Shown here: piece after piece, positions 1-7,545 of the stretch | Position numbering within the stretch: the first letter of the stretch is position 1 | How the letters are laid out: each line of letters starts with the position of its first letter | Assembly (NCBI GenBank): GCA_038061335.1 | Contig: JBBTZM010000005.1 | Location: forward strand, 1 to 34,938 | Source of the DNA: Patescibacteria group bacterium | GTDB taxonomy: Bacteria; Patescibacteriota; Minisyncoccia; UBA6257; GWB1-50-10 | Direction of reading: 5' to 3' | DNA length: 34,938 nucleotides | The notes under the pieces: generated by a model | What the model was told of the DNA's origin: nothing | The model's database searches: none | The model's input: only the letters and a program-made list of their open reading frames with translations | Translations under genes and position numbers: made by a program

Positions 1-70
1 GAATTTTTGACATGGGTCAATACTACCACACAAATCCTCGCTTCTCAATGCTTTGGCCTTATACAATTCG

Positions 71-100
71 TTGACAAAAAATTATATATCGTGGTATACT
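71..100 (+). promoter_or_regulatory. sigma70-like promoter (TTGACA, 18-nt spacer, TGG-extended TATACT)
   Basis: ttgaca at 71-76 and tgg+tatact at 92-100. The same TGGTAT-type extended -10 recurs at 511-519, 10033-10041, 19889-19897, 22182-22190, 26533-26541 and 27176-27184. Confidence 0.5.
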
Positions 101-104
101 TTCA

Positions 105-328
105 ATGTGAGTAACGTGAGAGAACGTTCACGATGATATCGGCGGACGTTCCCCTCCATCCACCCCCCCTGCCTTTGGCAGGGGGGGTGGTGTTTGCGCC
201 ATGTTTGTCTGCGACCCTGCCAAGGCAGGGGAGCAGCCACAAACATGAGCATCCCGAACCCCGCTTGCGGGGCGAGGGATTTCCTTTGTGATATAATAAA
301 ATCGGGTAGCAGATTTGCGTACTCACAT
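105..328 (+). ncRNA. candidate structured RNA of unknown family (closing stem plus three GC-rich hairpins)
   Basis: Starts 5-7 nt after the -10 box. 105-113 atgtgagta pairs with 320-328 tactcacat. Hairpins at 160-190 (14-bp stem), 200-247 (long stem with tandem GA/GA internal loop and CAAG loop) and 259-272 (CUUG loop). The only ORFs here are short and low-complexity. Confidence 0.4.
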
Positions 329-338
329 CAAATAAAAA

Positions 339-461
339 ATGGAGGCCACCACTGCTGCCCTTCGTTCGGCGGGTCTTAGCCCCTCGAGCGAAGGGAGGCA
401 GAAAGGCGACTTGTCGCAACGCGCTCTACCCGCTACTATACAAGGAGGCCAAATTGGCCTC
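339..461 (+). other. second structured non-coding segment ending in a weak terminator-like hairpin
   Basis: cccttcg (357-363) pairs with cgaaggg about 30 nt downstream. There is a gcga-CTTG-tcgc hairpin near 405. gaggcc/ggcctc hairpin at 445-461 is followed by tttgt. ggaggcc occurs at both 341 and 444. Confidence 0.3.
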
Positions 462-469
462 TTTGTAGT

Positions 470-524
470 ATTTATTCGTATTATTAGTATCATTAGTACC
501 ATTCGTATATTGGTATCATTTTTT
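470..524 (+). repeat. 'tacgaat/attcgta' word-repeat element ending in the conserved motif attcgtatattggtatcat
   Basis: 501-519 is identical to 22172-22190 and 26523-26541. It lies directly upstream of the secA ATG. Confidence 0.8.
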
Positions 525-3068
525 ATGAAATCATTCATCAAAAAACTCATTGAAGGCGACCCCATAAAAAAATACTGGAAGCGGGTCCCGGCGATAAACG
601 CCAAAGAAAAAGAGATAGAATCCCTCTCAGAAGAGGGCCTTTTGGAGCGCTCGAACAAACTGAAAGAAAAAGTTCAAGCGCATGGTATTGCTTCGACAAG
701 CCAAGCAAGTAATCGTTCTATTTTGGACGACGTTCTCCCCGAGGCCTTTGCGCTCGTCCGCGAGGCCGCGAAGCGAACCTTGAAGCAACGCCACTACGAC
801 GTTCAGCTTATTGGCGGCATGGCGATTCACGAGGGCAAGGTTGCCGAGATGCTTACCGGAGAGGGAAAGACGCTTGTCGCGACCCTTCCGATTTATTTGA
901 ACGCGCTTTCGGGCTATGGCGTTCATCTCATAACCGTAAACGACTACCTGGCCCGTCGCGACGCTATCTGGATGGGGCAGGTGTACCACGCGCTCGGAAT
1001 GAGGACTGCTTGCGTCGTGCATGACGCGGCATATATCTACGACCCGGAATTTGAGGGGAGCGAACTGGATGAAAAGAGAGACGAGGTGGCGAGCTTTCAT
1101 ATTATAGAGAAATTTCTGCGTCCCATATCGCGTAAAGACGCCTACGACGCGGATATTACGTATGGCACGAACCATGAATTCGGCTTTGACTTTTTGCGCG
1201 ACAATATCACGCTCGACTTGAAGCACAGAGTTCAGAGAAAGCACCACTACGCGATTATTGACGAAGTGGATTCAATTTTGATTGACGAGGCGCGCACTCC
1301 ACTCATCATCTCCGCGCCGGACGCGGAGTCGAGCGAGTACTACAAAACTTTCGCTCATCTTGTGGAACGCCTGACAAACGATGAGGACTACACGTTCGAG
1401 GAAAAAACCAAGACCGTGAGCATCCTTGAACCGGGCATAGACAAGGTGGAAAAGTTTTTGAATATCCAAAACATCTTTGCGCCGGAACATTCGCGGCTGG
1501 TGCACTTTTTTCAGGAATCCTTGAAGGCAAAATCCCTTTACCTGAAAGACCGCGATTACGTCGTCCACAATGGGGAAATTATTATTGTGGACCAGTTCAC
1601 GGGCCGTATGCTCCACGGCCGTCGCTATTCGGGAGGACTTCATCAGGCAATCGAGGCAAAAGAAAACGTCCGTGTGCGCGAGGAAAACAGAACCTACGCC
1701 ACAATCACGATCCAGAACTACTTCCGCCTCTATAGAAAAATCGCGGGCATGACCGGCACTGCCGAGACCTCTTCCGAAGAATTTTTTAAGGTGTATGGCC
1801 TTGAGGTGGTTTCCATTCCGCCGAACAAGGCCGTGGTTCGCAAGGATATGTCGGACGTGATATACAAAACTCGTGTCGCGAAATACAAGGCGATTGCCGA
1901 AGACGTAAAGGCAAGAATGGGAAAAGGCCAGCCCGTGCTTCTCGGCACGACCTCTATTGAACACAACGAAGTCCTCGCGACTTTTCTTCGCAAAGAGGGG
2001 ATTCCGTACGAAATTTTGAACGCGAAAAACCACGAACGCGAGGGAGAAATTATCGCGCAGGCCGGGCGACCCGGCGCGGTAACGGTTGCCACAAACATGG
2101 CGGGTCGCGGCGTGGATATCGTCCTTGGCGGGAATCCGGGCACGCCGGAAGATAAAAAGAAGGTTATAGAGGCGGGCGGGCTTCATGTCATAGGTACCGA
2201 GCGGCACGAGGCCCGGCGCATTGATAACCAGTTGCGGGGCCGCTCCGGCAGGCAGGGCGACCCGGGCTCAAGCCAATTTTATCTTTCGCTTGAGGACGAC
2301 TTAATGCGCATCTTCGGCGGAGAGCGGCTCATTGGCCTTATGAACACGCTGAAGGTTCCGGATGACCAGCCAATCGAGAGCGGCATGGTTTCAAAATCCA
2401 TCAATCAGGCGCAGTCGCGCGTGGAAGGTAATAATTTCGATATTCGGAAGCACTTGCTCGAATACGACGACGTCCTCACCCGCCAGCGCACCGCCGTGTA
2501 CGCGAAACGGGAAAAGCTATTAAACGCAGGAGACGAGAACACGATCCTGCCGCAGGCGATTGAATTCGCGGAAAGCGCGATTCGTGACGGAGAGATGATT
2601 GTGGAGCAGATGAACGCTGCGGGAGAGGCCACAGAGAAAATCGAGCACCACAAGAGTCAGCTTGAAGACGCGAAGCGTCGGTTAGGAATTTTTCCGGAAA
2701 AAATCGAAGATGAGAGAGCGAAAGCAATCGCCCAGTCCCTGGTCCGGGTCATTGACTCCCTCTGGGTGGACCATCTGGAGTATCTGGAGTCCCTCCGCGA
2801 GTCCGTAGGTATTCGCGCTTACGGCCAGAGGGAGCCCTTAATTGAGTATCGCAAGGAAGCGCACGTCCTCTACCAGAGCATGCAGAAAAACTTTGAACAT
2901 CTTGGAGGCAGTATCGTGTTCCAGCTTATACACGCGGATCTCTCTAGAACCAAGCCCGTGGAGGAAACACCGCGCCTCGCGATTCCGGGAGGCAAAGATA
3001 AAGTGGGCCGCAATGCTCCCTGCCCGTGCGGAAGCGGGAAGAAGTACAAGAGGTGCCACGGGGCATAA
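525..3068 (+). CDS. secA: preprotein translocase ATPase SecA
   Basis: The ORF runs 339..3068, but the SecA-like N-terminus begins at the ATG at 525 (MKSFIKKLIEGDP...). Contains MLTGEGKTLVATLP Walker A, DEVDSILIDEARTPLIIS and the C-terminal zinc motif CPCGSGKKYKRCHG. Confidence 0.97.
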   Translation: MKSFIKKLIEGDPIKKYWKRVPAINAKEKEIESLSEEGLLERSNKLKEKVQAHGIASTSQASNRSILDDVLPEAFALVREAAKRTLKQRHYDVQLIGGMAIHEGKVAEMLTGEGKTLVATLPIYLNALSGYGVHLITVNDYLARRDAIWMGQVYHALGMRTACVVHDAAYIYDPEFEGSELDEKRDEVASFHIIEKFLRPISRKDAYDADITYGTNHEFGFDFLRDNITLDLKHRVQRKHHYAIIDEVDSILIDEARTPLIISAPDAESSEYYKTFAHLVERLTNDEDYTFEEKTKTVSILEPGIDKVEKFLNIQNIFAPEHSRLVHFFQESLKAKSLYLKDRDYVVHNGEIIIVDQFTGRMLHGRRYSGGLHQAIEAKENVRVREENRTYATITIQNYFRLYRKIAGMTGTAETSSEEFFKVYGLEVVSIPPNKAVVRKDMSDVIYKTRVAKYKAIAEDVKARMGKGQPVLLGTTSIEHNEVLATFLRKEGIPYEILNAKNHEREGEIIAQAGRPGAVTVATNMAGRGVDIVLGGNPGTPEDKKKVIEAGGLHVIGTERHEARRIDNQLRGRSGRQGDPGSSQFYLSLEDDLMRIFGGERLIGLMNTLKVPDDQPIESGMVSKSINQAQSRVEGNNFDIRKHLLEYDDVLTRQRTAVYAKREKLLNAGDENTILPQAIEFAESAIRDGEMIVEQMNAAGEATEKIEHHKSQLEDAKRRLGIFPEKIEDERAKAIAQSLVRVIDSLWVDHLEYLESLRESVGIRAYGQREPLIEYRKEAHVLYQSMQKNFEHLGGSIVFQLIHADLSRTKPVEETPRLAIPGGKDKVGRNAPCPCGSGKKYKRCHGA

Positions 3069-3228
3069 CGAATATGTAAACATTTAAATATGTAAATATA
3101 TAAATATGCAAATTTTTTCGGTTGCAGTACTTTTTGGAGCGGCATACCATCTCGTGCGAGACGTGCTGCAAATAGCGGGTATCCAAAATGATGTTTTACA
3201 TATTTAAATCTTTACATATTTAAATTCT
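3069..3228. repeat. inverted 'acatttaaatatgtaaa' word repeats flanking an about 80-nt unique core
   Basis: Left arm 3071-3113 (atatgtaaacatttaaatatgtaaatat...) and right arm 3194-3225 (ttttacatatttaaatctttacatatttaaat). Core stem is 3122-3130/3163-3171. A related word copy lies at 3697-3719. Confidence 0.7.
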
Positions 3229-3234
3229 CAAAAT

Positions 3235-3696
3235 ATGGCAACGATTCAACGATTTGAGGACCTCGTGTGTTGGCAAAAATCGCGCCTTCTCGTAAGAGAA
3301 ATATATAAAGCAATGCAAGGCTGTAAAGATTACGGTTTCCGTGACCAGATTCAGCGTGCCGCGGTGTCCGTTTTATCCAACATCGCGGAAGGATTCGAAA
3401 GAGGAACAAAACAAGAATTTTTGAACTATCTCTATATCGCAAAAGGGTCCGCGGGCGAAGTCCGCGCTCAATTATACGTTGCCCTGGATGTCGGCCATAT
3501 AAATATTGAAACATTTACATATTTAAGTGGTCTTGCGCTCGATTGCTCCCGCCTCATACAAAGTTTCGCGGAGAAAGTAAAAGGCGGCTCAAGGCAGGGG
3601 ATGCAATGTAAGCCCGTACAAAAGCCCGACCCCGTAAAGGAGATAATAAAGGAAATGACCCCGGAGGTGTATAAGAGATTTTACAAAGACGAATAA
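3235..3696 (+). CDS. four-helix-bundle protein (23S rRNA intervening-sequence protein family)
   Basis: Family-typical sequence: FEDLVCWQKSRLLVREIY...RDQIQRAAVSVLSNIAEGFERGTKQEFLNYLYIAKGSAGEVRAQLYVA. Confidence 0.8.
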   Translation: MATIQRFEDLVCWQKSRLLVREIYKAMQGCKDYGFRDQIQRAAVSVLSNIAEGFERGTKQEFLNYLYIAKGSAGEVRAQLYVALDVGHINIETFTYLSGLALDCSRLIQSFAEKVKGGSRQGMQCKPVQKPDPVKEIIKEMTPEVYKRFYKDE

Positions 3697-3754
3697 AAAT
3701 ATTTAAACATTTAAATGATTTTAGAAAAAGAAATACAGATGATACAATACTATC

Positions 3755-4342
3755 ATGAAACGATTGCTTGATGTGCTGGGAGCGCTTTGTGGCCTTCTTG
3801 TCCTTTTCGTCACAACTCCTTTTATCGCAGTAGCCATCGCGAAGGAAGACGGACTTCCTGTCTTCATCAAACAAAAAAGAATAAGCAAAGGGAGGGCGAT
3901 AAACGTTTGGAAATTCCGCTCCATGGTGAAGAATGCGGAAGAAATGAAGAAGGCCCTGAACGAAAAAAACGAACGAAAAGACGGCCCGTTTTTTAAGCTC
4001 ACGCGTGACCCGCGGGTAACGAAAGTGGGTACATTTCTTCGGAGTTCGCGCCTCGATGAATTCCCGCAGTTTATAAATGTGTTGAAGGGCGAGTTATCTC
4101 TCGTGGGTCCCCGTCCCCACGAACCCGAAGAAGTAGAGAAATATCCGGAAAAGTATAAGGCAATCACGCGTGAAAAAGCCGGACTCACCTGCTTCTCGCA
4201 AATCATGGGGAGGCCCTTTCTGCCTTTTGAAGAGGAGATGGAACTCGACCTCGCATATATTCAAAAAAAATCTTTGGCAACCGACCTTGCCATTATCGCG
4301 AAAACCATAAAAATACTTTTGACAGACCGCAATGGAATATAG
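3755..4342 (+). CDS. undecaprenyl-phosphate sugar phosphotransferase (bacterial sugar transferase family)
   Basis: N-terminal TM segment, then KFRSM, DPRVTKVGTFLRSSRLDEFPQFINVLKGELSLVGPRP. A TACAAT -10 (3743-3748) sits 6 nt before the ATG. Confidence 0.9.
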   Translation: MKRLLDVLGALCGLLVLFVTTPFIAVAIAKEDGLPVFIKQKRISKGRAINVWKFRSMVKNAEEMKKALNEKNERKDGPFFKLTRDPRVTKVGTFLRSSRLDEFPQFINVLKGELSLVGPRPHEPEEVEKYPEKYKAITREKAGLTCFSQIMGRPFLPFEEEMELDLAYIQKKSLATDLAIIAKTIKILLTDRNGI

Positions 4343-4376
4343 ATTAAAATTTCTAATTTCTAATATCTAATTTCTA
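4343..4376 (+). repeat. 'ttctaattt' word repeat
   Basis: attaaaatttctaatttctaatatctaatttcta fills the whole spacer up to the ATG at 4377. Same vocabulary as 22878-22915 and 30669-30700. Confidence 0.8.
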
Positions 4377-5501
4377 ATGCGAATTGCTTTATTGCACGAT
4401 TACTTAAACCAGTACGGCGGTGCCGAGCGGGTGCTGGACGCTCTTTTGGAAATGTTTCCTGAGGCGGATATTTATACGCTTCTTTATGATGAGGTGAAAC
4501 TCGATGGAAAATATAAAGAGCGTATCAGGGGGACGAGTATGTTGGATATTCCGTTTGTCCGAAAGAACCACCGGAGGTGGATTCCGCTTTTTCCCTTCGC
4601 GACGAAAACTATTCGTAGTAGTACGAGGTACGATATCGTACTTTCTTCTTCATCCGGTTACGCGAAAGCATTTCCGATTCGCGGAAAAAGACATGTATGC
4701 TACTGCCACACTCCACTTCGATACGCGTGGGATGCTTCGTATCTCGAACACCATGTTCGCGCTCCGTGGTTTTTGAAAAAACTCGGGAGTATCTGGCGAG
4801 AGGTTTATTTGAAACCCTGGGATAAAAAAACGGCGTTACGGCCGGATGTGTTTCTCGCGAATTCCCGTTATATCGCGGAGAAAGTGAAGCAATGGTATGG
4901 CAGAGACGCGGAGGTTGTGGAGCCGCCGGTTTCCGCCGAGTGGTTCTCGTATGACGCGGATGTGTCGCAAAAAGAGTATTACCTTATGGTGGGCCGTCTT
5001 CTTTCGTACAAGCGTTTCGACATAGGGATACGAGCGTGCGAAACAATAAAGAAGAAATTAAAAATTGTGGGTATTGGGCCGGAGTATGAGCGATTGAAAA
5101 AAGAAGCGAATCCGTCTCTTGTTGAATGTATGGGACGGGCGAGTGACGTGGAACTGCGGAAATACTATGCCGAGGCGCGCGCGCTTCTTTTCCCGCAGGT
5201 TGAGGATTTTGGGCTTGTGGCGGCAGAGGCCCAGGCCTCGGGCCTGCCGGTCATTGCCTATAATAGGGGGGGAGCAAAGGAAATTGTGGAGCACGGGAAG
5301 ACGGGGGTTTTATTTGAAGAACAATCCGAACAGGGACTCACGAGGGCTATGGAGGAGTTCGAAAGAATGAATTTCGACAGGCGTTTTATCGCGGAACAGG
5401 CGGGGCGCTTCTCGAAAAGCGTTTTTAAGGATAAAATGAAAGCAATAATACATCGCTATGCAGGAAGTTCCGAAACAAAACATTATTCCGGTCTTGGTTG
5501 A
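4377..5501 (+). CDS. glycosyltransferase, GT4 (group 1) family
   Basis: C-terminal EX7E-type region: EDFGLVAAEAQASGLPVIAYNRGGAKEIVEHGKTGVLFE. Confidence 0.85.
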   Translation: MRIALLHDYLNQYGGAERVLDALLEMFPEADIYTLLYDEVKLDGKYKERIRGTSMLDIPFVRKNHRRWIPLFPFATKTIRSSTRYDIVLSSSSGYAKAFPIRGKRHVCYCHTPLRYAWDASYLEHHVRAPWFLKKLGSIWREVYLKPWDKKTALRPDVFLANSRYIAEKVKQWYGRDAEVVEPPVSAEWFSYDADVSQKEYYLMVGRLLSYKRFDIGIRACETIKKKLKIVGIGPEYERLKKEANPSLVECMGRASDVELRKYYAEARALLFPQVEDFGLVAAEAQASGLPVIAYNRGGAKEIVEHGKTGVLFEEQSEQGLTRAMEEFERMNFDRRFIAEQAGRFSKSVFKDKMKAIIHRYAGSSETKHYSGLG

Positions 5502-7545
5502 CGTAAAGAATCCGAATATAAACTATCGGCGTCTCGCTGGCATCGCGACCGTCTATCTTGGGAGCGGTGTTTCCCCGAAAAAGCCATCTTCTCTCGGGCT
5601 TCGCCTCGGAGTCGGCGCGGGATTTTTTCTTCTCCTTCTTTTCGGAGGTGTGTTTCTTTTGGGGACGCGGCATCTAAAAAATGTTGCCGCGGAGAAGGGA
5701 GAACTCATCGCGAAAAATATGCTCGCCTCCATTCAGCTCATTCAGGAAATGAATCCGGAAGAGGCGAGGCGCGCGCTCGAAGAAAATCGGAAAGAATTAG
5801 AAGAACTTGAGAGAATGGTCCGGGGAGGAAAGAAGCAGGCGATTCTCGGGGGCTTGGGAGAGGTGTTTCCCGGAATCCGTCTTAGTGTAGGACTCTTCGG
5901 GAAAGTATCGGAATTTAATCTTACGTTTCTGAAGCTCACGGAAATTATGTCGGAACTGCAGGCAAAGGGATTCGACTATTTTATGCATGACGGCGCATCG
6001 TTTGTGGCGCTTCTTGAAAAATCCAAAGCCGCCATACGCGACCTTACGAAAGAAGCGGCGGAGATTCAAAATAAAAGCGCGGGGCTCGCGAGCATTTCGG
6101 AATCAATGGCGAAATTTAACGGCACATTTCGCGAAGCGTACGTGAAGTATACTTCGGAACTCCACGGATGGGATGCAGGCCTCGAAAGCATCATTACCCT
6201 TCTTAATTCCAAGGTGGATCGCCACATCCTTCTTATCTTCCACAATCCCTCGGAGATGCGGCCCGCGGGCGGGTTTATCGGCTCGTATGGAGACATTGTA
6301 GTCCGGGACGGGCAGATGCAGAGCATGGATGTAGGCGACATTTACTGGCCCGACCACCCGAATAATTTCGAGAGAAAAATTATTCCTCCGCTTCCGCTCC
6401 AAAAATTGACGAAGGATTGGGGCGCGCGGGACGCGAACTGGTTTTTCGACTTCCCCACTTCGGCAAAAATAGTGAGGGAATTTTTAGAATCCTCCAAGGT
6501 GTACACGGAAAAGAAGGTCGTGTTTGAGGGGGCGATTGCCATAAATACAAAGGTGTTGGGAAGCATATTGGAATTCGTGGGCCCGATAGAGGCGCCCGAA
6601 TATGAGCTTACCATTACAAAGGACAATTTTTTGGCGGAGCTTCAAAGAGAGGTCGAGATCGGACGCGACAAAGAGCCGGGCAAAAACCCCAAGCGTATTT
6701 TAAGCGTGATTACTCCGACAATTTTTGAGCGCCTGGGCAAACTCGGCGAAGTAGAAAAGAAGGCGCTTGTGGAGCGCGTGGGCGAACATGTGGAGAAAAA
6801 GGATATTATGCTCGCCATGAAGGACGCTACGCTCATGAGCTTCTTTGGCTCGCGAGAGATGGACGGGAGCGTGTACGAGCTCCCCACCGGATTTTGGGGC
6901 GCGTATCTTGGGGTCGTAAACGCCAATATCGGAGGGGAGAAAACAGACGCTTTCATGGAAGAAAAAATTACGGGAAAGATTGACGTGTCAAACGACGGGA
7001 GCTCGTTCGTTACGCTTGGGGTCGCGCGAGCCCACCACGGAAAGGATGAAAAGGACCGGTGGTATCGCGCGGAAAATAAAAATTTCATTCAGGTCTACGC
7101 GAATCCGGATTCGAGCATTGTGGGCGTGGAGGGGAATACGAAGGGCGTGAAGTTCGAAGGGAGGTATGATAAAAAAGTATATGAGGAGATAGAGGAGGTA
7201 AAAACAATTGAAGAAACCGCGGTGTACCTTACGGATAAGTCGCTTTGGACAATGGACGCGTTTGGCAAAAAGGTGTTCGCGACATGGTTCAACGTGCCCG
7301 CGGGCGAGGCGCGCACGCTTGGCCTGAAATACGAGATTGGAGGAGAGAGCAACAAGGACCTCGTGAAAGGAAAGCCGTACACCCTCATTTTTGAGAAGCA
7401 GTCGGGAGTCGAGAGCCCCGTCGGCATTGACCTTAGGGCGCCTTTTGGATTCGTCTGGCAGGAATCCGGGGAGTCGGTCTATCGTTTTGAACGCCCGAAT
7501 CCAAAGGCGCGGGAGATTGTGGAACTCCATCTTGTGAAAAAATAA
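5458..7545 (+). CDS. DUF4012 domain-containing membrane protein
   Basis: N-terminal TM segment (GAGFFLLLLFGGVFLLG) and the motif RPAGGFIGSYGDIVVRDG, which I recall as DUF4012-typical. Overlaps the upstream gene by 44 nt, so the start is uncertain. Confidence 0.7.
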   Translation: MQEVPKQNIIPVLVDVKNPNINYRRLAGIATVYLGSGVSPKKPSSLGLRLGVGAGFFLLLLFGGVFLLGTRHLKNVAAEKGELIAKNMLASIQLIQEMNPEEARRALEENRKELEELERMVRGGKKQAILGGLGEVFPGIRLSVGLFGKVSEFNLTFLKLTEIMSELQAKGFDYFMHDGASFVALLEKSKAAIRDLTKEAAEIQNKSAGLASISESMAKFNGTFREAYVKYTSELHGWDAGLESIITLLNSKVDRHILLIFHNPSEMRPAGGFIGSYGDIVVRDGQMQSMDVGDIYWPDHPNNFERKIIPPLPLQKLTKDWGARDANWFFDFPTSAKIVREFLESSKVYTEKKVVFEGAIAINTKVLGSILEFVGPIEAPEYELTITKDNFLAELQREVEIGRDKEPGKNPKRILSVITPTIFERLGKLGEVEKKALVERVGEHVEKKDIMLAMKDATLMSFFGSREMDGSVYELPTGFWGAYLGVVNANIGGEKTDAFMEEKITGKIDVSNDGSSFVTLGVARAHHGKDEKDRWYRAENKNFIQVYANPDSSIVGVEGNTKGVKFEGRYDKKVYEEIEEVKTIEETAVYLTDKSLWTMDAFGKKVFATWFNVPAGEARTLGLKYEIGGESNKDLVKGKPYTLIFEKQSGVESPVGIDLRAPFGFVWQESGESVYRFERPNPKAREIVELHLVKK

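Noticed and set aside
102-470. RNase P RNA, tmRNA or SRP RNA in the secA upstream region
   Set aside because: The minus strand has ggaggggaacgtccgcc, reminiscent of the RNase P GAGGAAAGUCC box, but it lies at the wrong end relative to any 3' P4 partner and the promoter is on the plus strand. There is no tmRNA 5' GGGG or T-arm-CCA end. No GNRA-capped SRP helix 8 could be folded. A covariance-model scan is still needed.
339-524. N-terminal 62-codon extension of the secA ORF (ORF-track start at 339)
   Set aside because: The extension translates structured RNA and word-repeat DNA (..IRIISIISTIRILVSFF). The SecA homology begins at the ATG at 525, directly after the conserved TGGTATCAT motif.
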